The notes beneath the pieces are model-generated. The model searched no databases. It saw only the letters and a program-made list of their open reading frames with translations, and was not told the origin of the DNA. Made by a program: the position numbers and the translations under genes. Shown here piece by piece: positions 1 through 15,315 of a DNA stretch of 64,000 bases. The stretch is from Eledone cirrhosa (Eukaryota). Numbering within the stretch: position 1 is the first letter of the stretch; each line of letters begins with the position of its first letter. The stretch spans positions 26,598,001-26,662,000 of the forward strand of contig OZ024759.1 of assembly GCA_964016885.1 (NCBI GenBank). The letters run 5' to 3'.

Positions 1-298
1 ATCAATGGAAAGGGAAAAGATAAAAAAGCAAAGTACAAAGGAAAGTTTACTCCTAGATACAATATAATCCCTATGTATTTTTGTTGTTGTTTTGTTTGTT
101 TATTTGTTTGTTTTGTTTTGTTTTGTTTTTGTTTTGTTTTTGTGGGAGTGGGAGGCACTGAAAATCAATCAGTTACAAAAATAACTGCTGCAACTACCTC
201 AGGAACAGCAGTACCAGCAATAACAACAACCATAACAACAACAGCAACAACCACAACCATCACAACAACTTATACAACTACAAAAGCAAAAACAAGTA

Positions 299-348
<50 letters not shown>

Positions 349-771
349 AAGAACCCTATCTGAAGATAATCCGTATATATTTGCATTGTAAAGTAATTCA
401 TCAGCTTTGGAATAGAACTTTACTGATAAGCACATCATAGAATCATGCATTGTTTGTTAATAGATATAAATAGTGATAAATACAGCAACAACAACAACAA
501 TAACCTTCTGTATGGTTATTATACTGGCGAGAAATAGCTGTCAAATTTAACGCAAACCACACTATATCATCTTGTTTTTGGTGGTATGCCCGTTCACGAC
601 CCCCGTAGAGTTTAACGGTAAAACGGATTCTAGCGATATATATAACAAAGAAAGTGTGGTAAGGAACCAGGTGGACCAGATTACTCGATACTTAGGGTAG
701 TAGAGTGGGTAATAGGAAAAGAGTCAGGACACCAACGACCGGAGCGCAGCCGTCGGGGTCCTAACTCTTTT

Positions 772-806
<35 letters not shown>

Positions 807-934
807 GTTATTCCGGGTTGAATCGGAGGTAACCACAGTAAGTAAGGTACTCAATACATTGCAGAGTATAAAAGTTTTAATATAGATGAGATTCTACAGG
901 ACTAGAACTGTTTCATTCTTTAGAAATCATCAGG

Positions 935-983
935 GATTCCTGATGATTTCTAAAGAATGAAACAGTTCTAGTCCTGTAGAATC
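935..983 (+). ncRNA. Type I hammerhead ribozyme motif (family A)
   Basis: GATTC-CTGATGA(940-946)-T TTC TAAA GAA T-GAAA(959-962)-CAG TTCTAGTC CTG-TA^GAATC. Stem I GATTC/GAATC, stem III ACAG/CTGT, GUA cleavage triplet ending at 978. Stem II base is U.U. Confidence 0.7.
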
Positions 984-996
984 TCATCTCTCTCTC

Positions 997-1037
<41 letters not shown>

Positions 1038-1038
1038 C

Positions 1039-1490
1039 ACATCAATCAACTAGATGTCTTACATAAAGGTTGCCTACATGCAGTCTGTGGGCACACACTC
1101 GAAGACAAAATGCTAAAAGCTGACCTCGTCATTAAGTGCAAGATTGGAGGTATTGAAACCTTTCTTGTGAAATCACAACTAAGCTGGGCTGGTTATGTCA
1201 TCAGAATGAGTGACAAAAGGATATTACAAGTCTTCGTGTACAGGTAACTTGATGGTGGATATAGAAATAATGGACGGCCATGGCTCAGGAAGAAAGACAA
1301 GCTGAAGAGTAATCTTTCAGCAACCAATGTATCTTATGAGTCATTTGAGCAAGTGGCCTTGGATCGGAAGGGCTGTAGATCTGTGTGTCATAATGGGGTC
1401 AGGATCTTCGAGTCCGGTTGTATCCATAGGCTACAAGAAGCAAGAGGGATGGGAGAAGCATTATCAAACATACCAGCAATATTATCCAAT
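1039..1490 (+). mobile_element. RTE-clade LINE C-terminal relic
   Basis: QLSWAGYVIRMSDKR...GYRNNGRPWLRKKDKLK resembles the RTE consensus QLRWxGHVxRM...GRPxxRxKD; contains stops and frameshifts. Confidence 0.8.
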
Positions 1491-1579
1491 TCAGGACCCC
1501 GATGGCTGAGCTCCGTCCGTTTCAACAGCTAGATCCGAACTGAGTAACGGTGTAAATGTTTTTTACCGCCTTCATTTGT

Positions 1580-1613
<34 letters not shown>

Positions 1614-1751
1614 CATACATATATGTGTGTGTGTGTGCGTGTGTGTGTGAAGAAAAACCAAGGAAAACCACTTAAATCCATTCTTTAATTTCTACGTATG
1701 CTTCAATAAAGATGACAATAGTTCATGCATATATATATGTGTTGCTTCACG

Positions 1752-1812
<61 letters not shown>

Positions 1813-1942
1813 TTGCTTCACGTCACGTATCTTATTTTGAATAGTTAAAATCATTTTCGGTGATATCTTCTTTCCCACAAAATAATGATTTCGCTTTGTT
1901 TCGATGTGATAATCATAACAACACTGCATCGAGTTCTAATAT

Positions 1943-1976
<34 letters not shown>

Positions 1977-3188
1977 GTGGATGCATATTTTAAAATATGT
2001 TACGTGCCACAGTTAATAGAAAAATCGAATAGAGCAGACGTTAGTGAAAGAATGGAGGTAGAGTGTTAATGTGCAATTGCAAGTCAGTTACAAAATGGCG
2101 GCAGGAGAAGAGAATGAAAGAATTAATGTAAAGATGTTAGAATTATATTGTTATTGTCAAAGGGAATGATATATATGAAGTTACAAAGGAATTGCGACAG
2201 GCAAAACTGTCATATGTACTTCATATTGTGAGGAACTGGAATTATACATGTTGCTGTCAGCATTAATAACATACTCTCACACGTACACACATTCACATCA
2301 ACATACATACCAGCATAAAAACACACATACACATACTTACACATACATTCACAGATTCACACACTAAGAGGCACGCATATATATACACTTAGCCACATGT
2401 GCATACATACATACATACATGCTTGCATATTGATATATATAATATATATAAGATGTACATACATATACATAACTACTTACATACATGACTGCATAAATCA
2501 CATGCATACACACACACATACACACACACATACACGCATACATGCATACAAACAAACATACAGACATATATACATACATAGACGTCCGCACACACAGATA
2601 TCTACATAAACACGCACACCCACGCCCTACGACACACACAGACACATACACACAGACATATATAAACACACATATATAAACACATAGATACAGAAACAAA
2701 GATATACATACATATATGTATATATAGTAATAATAATAATATTTATACTTATATATGGTTTATATATAATTATAAATATGGTGGGCAGTACTAAGGTCTA
2801 GCCAGTTACCGGTAGGAGAAAAGGCTCAATGTAAATGTATTGCAGAGCCGAGATACAAAATATAAAACAATCAAATCTTAATTTAATACATTTAATTGCT
2901 ATTAATTGCAATTAAATGTATTAAACTAAGATTTGATTGTTTTATATTTTGTATATGTATATATATATATATATATATATACTAACATAGGCCCACACAT
3001 ACACACAAACACACCCCCACGAAACAAACACAAATAACCGCACTCACACATACATTATATATAAAATAAAGTACCAGTAATGCACTGGTGATTTTGCTCG
3101 CCTTGTGCCAAAAAGTAGAAACAATTATATACTTCTACGGGCTCATAAGTGCACAAACATGTCCCCTAACTATATACATAAATACACA

Positions 3189-3791
3189 TCTATATATATA
3201 AAACTGTCTGTGTGTGTGTGTAGGGGGGGGGGGGGGTGAATCCCTAAAACTCGAAGTACCCAAACGATTTTTTTCAAACTTTACACGTGTATCACTTATA
3301 TTGATCCCCTATGGCCCGCATTAGGTGAAAAACTGCGTTTATTTTCAGCTTTTTAGGGGTTTTTTGAGGCGTTACGTCAGACCGATTTCCTTGAAATTGT
3401 AACTATGTATTAGTCAGTCTCTTCTTCATATCGTGAGCAAAGAAAATCCAACCTTTTTATGGCCTAGGGCCCGTATTACGTGAAAAATTTCATTTTTTCA
3501 GGTTTTTAGGGCTTTTTTGAGGCGTTACGTCTAGTCGATCTTCCCGAAATTTCAAGGCATTTTATGCACATAAAAAAAATTCATTTTCTTGATCCCCTAG
3601 GGTCCGCATTAGGTGAAAACCTGCATTTTTTCTGCTTCAACGAGGAAAATCTTAAAGATTATCCACCCATCAGAGTATTCGGTTTATTTTCTTTACATAT
3701 TGTCCAGGCATGCAGTTTTTTGCGATTAGGTCTGTTGGCGGCCTGAGTTCCAAAATACATTATCCCGTGCAACGCCGGGTACCCCTGCTAG
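3189..3791 (+). mobile_element. Non-autonomous Helitron
   Basis: Starts A|TCTATATATATAAAA; subterminal hairpin CCCGTGCAACGCCGGG (3764-3779); ends CTAG|T; no TSD; internal duplicated segments. Confidence 0.85.
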
Positions 3792-4377
3792 TATACTATA
3801 TATTCATACACACACACACACACACAGAAACACTCGCCCTCTACACACACATGTAGTATATACTTCTATAGCTCACAAATATACAAAGACGTATCCTAAT
3901 CACATACATAAATTACTCACACACGTCCAAACGCACACTCACATAAATACATAAACACAAACATATAAATACATAAAAACACATAAATACACAAAAACAC
4001 TCAATATATTGCTTTATCTGTGTTGCGATTAGTTATTTACTCTTTCCAACCAATGAGCTGTGTCCGTGATAATTTATTTTATATAATGATGCAATAGGAG
4101 AATGGAGGATATGATTATTAGATTATATATCACCGCCATTTTGTTTCTTGGATTTTAATCAGCTAGTTTCATTTTAAAGGAATACCAGTAATATATTGAG
4201 GAGATTGAGTCGACTGCAGCCATACATCCTGTAAAAGTCTAATACTAACCTAAACAGAACAACCTTACTATAACTTTGTGGTTTCGTAGCGAAGTTAGAC
4301 GTCAACAGATCTCACATTTGATTATTATTATTATACATGTACACGCACGCAAACATACACACACACACACACATATA

Positions 4378-4419
<42 letters not shown>

Positions 4420-5149
4420 CACACATACACACATTCTCGTGTAAGTTCTGTTGCCGTCTAACTTCGGTACGAGTTCATTAAAATCTGGTAATACACAAAT
4501 ATTTACCTAAGGAGATTTACCTAAGAGAAACACAAACACACAAACATGGATGTATGCATGTATAATATTCGTGAGAGTGAGAGAGAAGGTCGGGGGGGGG
4601 GGGGGGGTTGTAAGTGGCAGAACTAAGTGCTAGAAGTATAGTTGGTTCATATTAAATTACTATCTCTCTCCTCCACATATTTACTATTACCCTCGGTTCC
4701 ATATATAGTGTCCCCTCCTACCTTCTTTTTTACCACTACTACATTGTCCTCTGCTCCTAAGGCCTAGCTCGTTTCGTTCCAACTCCAATCAGAAACTTCT
4801 CTTTCACTCATTCCTCCCTGCTCTCGTCGCATATATTATGAACACCTGCACCACCATTACAGATCTTGCATTAACCTCTACAGTTAGACATTACCTTTGG
4901 AGTGTCGTCACACTCACCTCCACTCCTTGCCCATGTATTCATTGAAGCTATCACCTTGTAACTGATCTTTCTAGAATGAGATTAATCATATTGTCCGTGG
5001 GTTTCTCGGCGTTTGTATTCTCCATCTCAAGAACCTCTTCCCGTAGAAACAATTGTAGGAAAGTAATGGTCGTATCTTTATTTCATGTGTAAAATCATCT
5101 TAACTACCAGGGAAAAGTTTTTATCACAAATTTGGAATATGGCGGCAGA

Positions 5150-5400
5150 TCTATTTGGTCATTCCATGAGATTATTTTGGTCACATATGAACTTTTCAGC
5201 CTATTTCAACTGCAATGCTTCTTTCCAAGGACTATGTTTGAAGATTTACATCATTTGGTCATTCCATGAGAGTATCTTGGTCAGCCTATGAACTTTTCAG
5301 TCTATTTCAACTGCATTGTTTCTTTCCAGGGAGTATGTTGGAAGATTAACCCCATTTGGTCATTCCATGAGAGTATCTTGGTCAGCCTATTAACGTTTCA
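5150..5400. repeat. ~102-bp unit repeat, tandem and dispersed
   Basis: CATTTGGTCATTCCATGAGAGTATCTTGGTCAGCCTATGAACTTTTCAG x2.5 here, x2 at 23040-23262, x1 at 63780-63862. Confidence 0.8.
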
Positions 5401-5436
5401 GTATATAGAGTTTTCAGTCGGCCCTCGTAAGTTGCT

Positions 5437-5843
5437 GGTTTCTACTTTAGGCACAAGGACAGCCATTTTGGAGAGAGGGTAAAGTCGATTAAATCGACCC
5501 TAGTGATTTACTGGTACTTTATTTTATCTTATCGACCCCATAACGATGAAAGGCAAAGCTAACCTCGGTGGGATTTGAACTCACAACCTAACGGGCTATA
5601 ACTCTATGCTACAAAGCATGTTGTCTGACACTCTACCGATACTGCCAATCCAAATAATGATAATAATTGTTTCTACTTTTGGCACAATTACCCCAGTTTA
5701 TTACTGGTACTTTATTTTATCACCGCGTAAGGATGAAAGGCAAAGTTAACCTCAGCAGGATTTGAACTCAGAACATAAAGGGCCATAACTATGCTGTAAA
5801 GAATAGTGTCTAACGCTCTACTGATACTGCCAATCCACTGCCT
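5437..5843 (-). mobile_element. Two tandem SINE copies
   Basis: Same family as 49406-49582, reverse orientation (5437-5651, 5668-5843). Confidence 0.85.
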
Positions 5844-6507
5844 TCTAATGATGATAATAATGCAAAATCATAGGAGACAAAATGAGGGATATTGAGTAGA
5901 GGAAGACATAGAGAGTGATAAAAAAAGAGGGGACAGAGAAAAGGGAGAAGAGCAGATAAGTGGGGGATACAAAGGGAGATAATGGGAGGCGAGAAAGGAA
6001 AAACAATAGTATTTAATTATCAAAATGTGAGACGGTTCCACTGTTAACGAAAGCAAAATTATTGACAATTTTCGTTGGGGGAAATGACAACTATATTCTA
6101 CACAATAATTAGAATATATACATATATACATACATGCTTCATATTATGTAATATTGTTTTATATTATATATATATATATATATATAGTTATTGGGTTATA
6201 CACCACACAGAGATTCACACACACACATATATGTATATATTGTATATAATATATATGTGGGGGACTGTGGGCGACGCGGTTGTGTGTGTTTGTCTGAGTG
6301 TGTGTGTGTACAAATACACAATCTTAAGACAATTAAATAAATTTAAGAAGACTAACAAGGATTCATTTAATATATTAAAAAGCAAAATTGAAAAAAATCC
6401 TTTCGGATAGTCACAAATTATTGATTTCCATTTCGTCGTCTTGACATATAAAATCAATCAATAAATAAATAAGTAAATAAATATATATATATATACATAT
6501 ATATATG

Positions 6508-6584
<77 letters not shown>

Positions 6585-6655
6585 GTTTATATATATATAT
6601 ATATGTTTATATATATGTTTATATATATATATATATGTATTTATATATATATATG

Positions 6656-6686
<31 letters not shown>

Positions 6687-6738
6687 GTTTATATATATAT
6701 ATATATGTTTTATATATATATATGTTTATATATATGTT

Positions 6739-6769
<31 letters not shown>

Positions 6770-6772
6770 CTA

Positions 6773-6872
<100 letters not shown>

Positions 6873-6882
6873 CATATACTAT

Positions 6883-6951
<69 letters not shown>

Positions 6952-6961
6952 CATATACATA

Positions 6962-7067
<106 letters not shown>

Positions 7068-7112
7068 CATATAATATATATATATACATATATATACATA
7101 TAATATATATAC

Positions 7113-7146
<34 letters not shown>

Positions 7147-7149
7147 TAC

Positions 7150-7214
<65 letters not shown>

Positions 7215-7257
7215 CATATAATATAAGATCAAAAGATGGTTAAAGGAGTTCAATATA

Positions 7258-7324
7258 TTTTATTATGCGCATTTCAAAAACAAACATCATCAAACAATAA
7301 TATTTGTGTTTTCATCAGATAAAA
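7258..7324 (-). ncRNA. Type I minimal hammerhead ribozyme (family B, mirror copy in palindrome)
   Basis: Reverse complement of 7448-7514 with one substitution; core intact. Confidence 0.75.
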
Positions 7325-7447
7325 CAGGAGAACATGATATGAAGGCTAAAAAAACACTTGTTGATAGTGCAGTTTTAAATCAACATATGTTGATTAAAAC
7401 TGCACTATCAACAAGTGTTTTTTTAGCCTTCATATCATGTTCTCCTG

Positions 7448-7514
7448 TTTTATCTGATGAAAACAGAAATATTATTGTTTGATGATGTTTGTTTTTGAAA
7501 TGCGCATAATAAAA
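7448..7514 (+). ncRNA. Type I minimal hammerhead ribozyme (family B)
   Basis: TTTTAT-CTGATGA(7454-7460)-long stem II (AATATTATT/GATGATGTT)-GAAA(7497-7500)-T GCGC A-TA^ATAAAA. 6-bp stem I, 2-bp stem III capped by palindromic GCGC. Confidence 0.75.
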
Positions 7515-7650
7515 TATATTGAACTCCTTTAACCATCTTTTGATCTTATATTATGCATACTCCAGTCCCACAAACTGTAGAGTGCTTCTTATCCGATATC
7601 TGCATTGCTTTATTGTACTACAATAAAACTCACCTCCTACATATATATAC

Positions 7651-7824
<174 letters not shown>

Positions 7825-7831
7825 GTATATA

Positions 7832-7890
<59 letters not shown>

Positions 7891-7914
7891 GTATATATAT
7901 ATGTATATATATAC

Positions 7915-7945
<31 letters not shown>

Positions 7946-7960
7946 CATATATATATATAC

Positions 7961-8007
<47 letters not shown>

Positions 8008-8032
8008 CATACATATATATATACATATATAC

Positions 8033-8063
<31 letters not shown>

Positions 8064-8112
8064 CATATATATATATACATATATATATATACATATACAA
8101 ATATATATATAC

Positions 8113-8143
<31 letters not shown>

Positions 8144-8237
8144 CATATATATATATACATATATATATATACATATATATATATACATATATATATATAA
8201 TACATATATATATATACATATACAAATATATATATAC

Positions 8238-8282
<45 letters not shown>

Positions 8283-8316
8283 CAAATATATATAATATAC
8301 AAATATATATATATAC

Positions 8317-8363
<47 letters not shown>

Positions 8364-8394
8364 CATATATATATATACAAATATATATATATAC

Positions 8395-8439
<45 letters not shown>

Positions 8440-8589
8440 CAAATATATATATATACATATATATATACATATATATATATACAAATATATATATACAAAT
8501 ATATATATATACATATATATATATACAAATATATATATACAAATATATATATATACATATATATAATATACATATATATATATATATAC

Positions 8590-8620
<31 letters not shown>

Positions 8621-8654
8621 CATATATATATTATATATACATATATATATATAC

Positions 8655-8735
<81 letters not shown>

Positions 8736-8862
8736 CATATATATATACATATATATATATACATATATATATATATACATATATATATATACATATATAT
8801 ATATACATATATATATATACATATATATATATACATATATATATATACATATATATATATAC

Positions 8863-8893
<31 letters not shown>

Positions 8894-8922
8894 CATATAT
8901 ATATATACATATATATATATAC

Positions 8923-9019
<97 letters not shown>

Positions 9020-9146
9020 CATATATATATATACATATATATATATATACATATATATATATACATATATATATACATATATATATATACATATATATAT
9101 ATACATATATATATATACATATATATATATACATATATATATATAC

Positions 9147-9193
<47 letters not shown>

Positions 9194-9287
9194 CATATAT
9201 ATATATACATATATATATATACATATATATATATACAAATATATATATATACATATATATATATATACATATATATATATACATATA

Positions 9288-10263
9288 TACGATATTAAAT
9301 AAATGGAAATTATATTTATAAAACCATATTTATTTCATTATATATATTTCAGGGATATCATATTGATTTCTTTATTAGCCACAAGGGCGCAACAAGAAAG
9401 GGGACAATACAAAGACATGCCGGGGATTTTACATACAGTCGTGTAAAAAATATAAAAACAAACAATTTCAACAATCGAAATCCCCAATAGGGGGGAGGCG
9501 CCACAAATGGGTTGTTTAATACCCCGTCGATAGAACAACCCTCAACTCAAGGAGCGTGTTGTGCAAGTGCTCCTTTCTTCCTTTTGCTCTCTTCTTCAAC
9601 CTACAGGCTTATAAACAGAAAAGGCCCAATCACTCGGGCCATTTTCGCTTCATTCACCCACCTTTCAGTAAATTTACTGGGGGTGCAGTGCCTCTCTCTC
9701 CACCCTGATTCTCCTTCTAAAGTGATACTTAAAGAATGGAATCAATTGTTGTCCGGAGAGAAAGGCATCTGTCCTCAGTCCTCTCAACCTCGTCCACCAT
9801 ATAACTTCTTTCACCATAGCCACCGTACAGAGAAAACCGCCTCTCTTTCGTTTTTGAAAGAGTCTGGCGGTTTGATCCTTACTATGGATTCGGCAGTCAA
9901 CTGTATTTGTCCCATACGCGACAGCAGTTGTTCTGCATAGTTCCACAGGTCGCTTACGCCCGGGCAGTGTACAATTGCGTGCAGAACTGTTTCAATGTCC
10001 TGCGCACATCTTGGACACGTCCTCTTGGAAGCAATTAACAATATGTTATGCCTTCTTCAGACAAAATACAATATAGACAGTCTTATAAATAAATAGAATA
10101 GATTCGACATACCTTTCAACATCGACTTGCATTTGAAAAGTTGATTTGGCAGTAATTTCCATTTATTTAATATCGTAAATATACTCCAAATACTTGTTGG
10201 GTGCTTTTATATCAGTTATAAATATTTACTCGTTGTAACCCAACAATTTAAATATAACTTTTC
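9288..10263. mobile_element. Family D PLE-type element with inversion, interrupted by a Tx1/L1 fragment
   Basis: 9288-9364 plus 10040-10075 match 30024-30137 in reverse; 10154-10263 matches 30114-30226 in direct orientation. Confidence 0.75.
9365..10039 (-). mobile_element. Tx1/L1-clade LINE 3' fragment
   Basis: CPRCAQDIETVLHAIVHC (CCHC knuckle), KEVIWWTR, FTERWV; 3' UTR ending AATAAAGAAAT; homologous to 20203-21040. Confidence 0.85.
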
Positions 10264-10533
10264 ATGTATACATATATATATATACATATATATATATACA
10301 TATATATATATATACATATATATACATATATATATATACATATATATATATACAAATATATATATATACATATATATATATACATATATATATATACAAA
10401 TATATATATATACAAATATATATATATACATATATATATATACAAATATATATATATACATATATATATATACACAAATATATATATATACATATATATA
10501 TATACATATATATATATACATATATATATATAC

Positions 10534-10584
<51 letters not shown>

Positions 10585-10757
10585 TATAATACTGTATTAT
10601 TTTTGACCGGCGGTCAGTCAATGGCAACATTGAGGACCGAGTAAGTTAGATCGCAGATATAAAAGACAGCGAGAAGCGAAAACCAACCAAACAGTGAGTG
10701 TGTTCTGTTATTAATTCTGGCAATATTACGCAAATATGACCCTCCCCAAATATAACA

Positions 10758-10849
<92 letters not shown>

Positions 10850-10932
10850 TATATACATATATATATACATATATATATACATATATATATATATACATAT
10901 ATATATACATATATATATACATATATATATAC

Positions 10933-10962
<30 letters not shown>

Positions 10963-10964
<2 letters not shown>

Positions 10965-11017
10965 GTAAGTATGTATGTATACGTACATACATATATGTAC
11001 ACAGACGTACAGTAGCA

Positions 11018-11055
<38 letters not shown>

Positions 11056-11720
11056 CATACAGGTACACATACATATATGAACGCATCAGTTTAGCGGACG
11101 CTTATTATAACGCCGCTTTGTTCGTTTGTAAACAAACTGAACAGCCTGAATTTATGCCATACGGTGTTAAGGGCAACCACGTCACCTTTTTGTTCAACAC
11201 TGACACAGGAACGATGTACTAGTTGCAAGCTTGTTAGCTATCATCAGCACCGTATACCCATCTGCCAGATAGTTGAACGTTCGAAAGTATATACTTTCCT
11301 TATGAAAATTAACGGCTGAGAATACATAAGTGAGAATATATAAGTGAGAAATGAAATTTCGTTTTCATTTTTTTTCAACTTATCGTTTTCGGTATGCCTG
11401 ACCGATGTAACTCACTCAATATGCAAATTAGGCTGCTCAGCCGTTAATTTTCATAAGGAAAGTATATACTTTCGAACGTTCAAACTATCTGGCAGATGGG
11501 TATACGGTGCTGATGATAGCTAACAAGCTTGAAACTAGTACATCGTTCCTGTGTCAGTGTTGAACAAAAAGGTGACGTGGTTGCCTTAACACCGTATGGC
11601 ATAAATTCGGGCTGTTCAGTTTGTTTACAAACGAACAAAGCGGCGTTATAATAAGCGTCCGTTAAACTGATGCGTGCATATATGTATGTGTACCTGTATG
11701 TATATATATATATATATATG

Positions 11721-11775
<55 letters not shown>

Positions 11776-11890
11776 CATGCTACTGTACGTCTGTATACAT
11801 ATATGTATGTACGTATACATACATACTTACATTTAAGTAAGTGCCATACTAAGAGTGAGAAATGAAATTTCGTTTTCATTTTTTTTCAAC
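10963..11890 (+). mobile_element. Non-coding PLE pseudo-LTR-type element: inverted arm + unit + direct-repeat tail (family C)
   Basis: 10963-11320 is the reverse complement of 11436-11832. AGTGAGAAATGAAATTTCGTTTTCATTTTTTTTCAAC occurs directly repeated at ~11343-11379 and ~11854-11890. Carries a hammerhead; a tail fragment recurs on the - strand at 60586-60637. Confidence 0.75.
11504..11546 (+). ncRNA. Type I minimal hammerhead ribozyme (family C)
   Basis: ACGGTG-CTGATGA(11510-11516)-T AGCT AACA AGCT T-GAAA(11531-11534)-CTAG-TA^CATCGT. 6-bp stem I, palindromic CTAG loop III. Confidence 0.75.
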
Positions 11891-11946
11891 ATATATATAC
11901 ATATATATATACATATATATATACATATATATACATATATATATAC

Positions 11947-11995
<49 letters not shown>

Positions 11996-12047
11996 CTTAT
12001 ATATATATACATATTCATATATATATATACATATACATATATATATA

Positions 12048-12104
<57 letters not shown>

Positions 12105-12113
12105 TATGTATAC

Positions 12114-12254
<141 letters not shown>

Positions 12255-12257
12255 CAC

Positions 12258-12288
<31 letters not shown>

Positions 12289-12503
12289 CACATATATATA
12301 TAGATATATATATATATATATATGCATATATATATATATACATATAGTCATATATATATGCATATATATATATATACATATAGTCATATATATATGCATA
12401 TATATATACATATATACATATATATATACATATATATACATATATATATATACATATATATACATATATATATATATATACATATATATACATATATATA
12501 TAC

Positions 12504-12538
<35 letters not shown>

Positions 12539-12571
12539 CATATATACATATACATATACATATATATATAC

Positions 12572-12602
<31 letters not shown>

Positions 12603-12626
12603 CACATATATATATATATATACACA

Positions 12627-12726
<100 letters not shown>

Positions 12727-12776
12727 TATATATATATATATATATACACATATATATATATATATATACACATATA

Positions 12777-13186
<410 letters not shown>

Positions 13187-13189
13187 CAC

Positions 13190-13379
<190 letters not shown>

Positions 13380-13384
13380 TATAT

Positions 13385-13434
<50 letters not shown>

Positions 13435-13475
13435 CGTTTCTGAATTTGGCAACATGACCCTCCCAAAGTATAACA

Positions 13476-13575
<100 letters not shown>

Positions 13576-13782
13576 TGTGCGTGTTTCCTCTTATCCCTAA
13601 ATGGTGTTAATTTGACAGTTAAATATATATATATATATAAATGTGTGAGTGTTTGCACAAAGATATATTGTTTGACGAATATATGTATTTGCCAATAAAG
13701 ACGAAACGTACTTAATATATACCTTATATATTTTATGAGAAGTTTCAGCTCGAAATAAAATATACATGGATATGCCCACGTA

Positions 13783-13825
<43 letters not shown>

Positions 13826-13826
13826 C

Positions 13827-13860
<34 letters not shown>

Positions 13861-14275
13861 ATTAAGGTGGATGCGGTATGTTTTGAATTTCAGTACATTC
13901 TATTTATTATGTAATGACTGTGATATAGATTTTGCTGACATCATTTATGTAAGACTCCTTCTCAACACAATCTTTGTACTTGCATATAAATAAACATTAA
14001 TACGTCGAGTGCATAGTTCTGCTTACACACGTTTTCATTAATCTCTCTCTCCTCCCCTCTCTCTCTCCTCCCCCCTCTATCTCTCTCCTCCCCCCCCCTC
14101 TATCTCTCTCCTCTCCTCTCTATCTCTCTCCTCTCCTCCTCCTCTCTCTCTCTCTCTCTCTCCTCCTCTCTCTCCTCCTCCTCTCTCTCTCCTCTCTCTC
14201 TCCTCTCTCTCTCCTCTCTCTCTCCTCTCTCTCTCCTCTCTCTCTCTCTCCTCTCTCTTCCCCTCTCTCTCTCTC

Positions 14276-14335
<60 letters not shown>

Positions 14336-14667
14336 AAGAGAGGGTGGGATATATATATATATACAGTATATATGCACAATGTCATCACTTAAAAGGAATA
14401 AACTTAATTGACCACTGTATTTGACTACTTTTGAAATTATTATTGATCATGCCCCATCCACCATCGCGCTTCGGCGGATGACATACATAGTTGACCTGTA
14501 CAGGATTTTATAGGGCTTGAACTCGAAATCTGGGCTATCCTTTAATTGGACACTCCAAAGGCTCCGTAAATAACTGTCCTTGTCATGTAATTTCTTTTAT
14601 AATGCCCCACACAGCTTATTCTATTATTTTTTTTTGTTTCATATAAGTATTTTTATAATAAAGTTTA

Positions 14668-14712
<45 letters not shown>

Positions 14713-14763
14713 GTATGTATATATATATTTATAATTGTATATATATATATATATATATTTATA

Positions 14764-14805
<42 letters not shown>

Positions 14806-15001
14806 ATTGTATATATATATATTTATAATTGTATATATATATATTTATAATTGAGTATATATATATATATATATTTATAATTGAGTATATATATATATAT
14901 ATTTATAATTGTATATATATATATTTATAATTGTATATATATATCTAATTGTATATATATATATATATATATATATTTATAATTGTATATATATATCTAA
15001 T

Positions 15002-15036
<35 letters not shown>

Positions 15037-15315
15037 TTGTAATTGTATATATATATATAATTGTATATATATATATAATTGTATATATATATATATATTT
15101 ATAATTGTATATATATATATATATTTATAATTGTATATATATATATATATTTATAATTGTATATATATATATATATTTATAATTGTATATATATATATAT
15201 ATTTATATATTGTATATTTATATATATATTGTATATATATATAGGAAAAAGTATGACCCCGACGACAGAGCTCAAGCCGTTTCGACGGCTATTTCTGGAC
15301 TCTTTTTTTTCTCTC

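Larger units (their letters stand above)
7218..7640. mobile_element. Fold-back PLE-type element: ~337-bp palindrome plus unique tail (family B)
   Basis: 7218-7386 and 7387-7554 are near-perfect reverse complements centred on CAACATATGTTG; 7387-7640 matches 60985-61245 in reverse. Confidence 0.8.
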
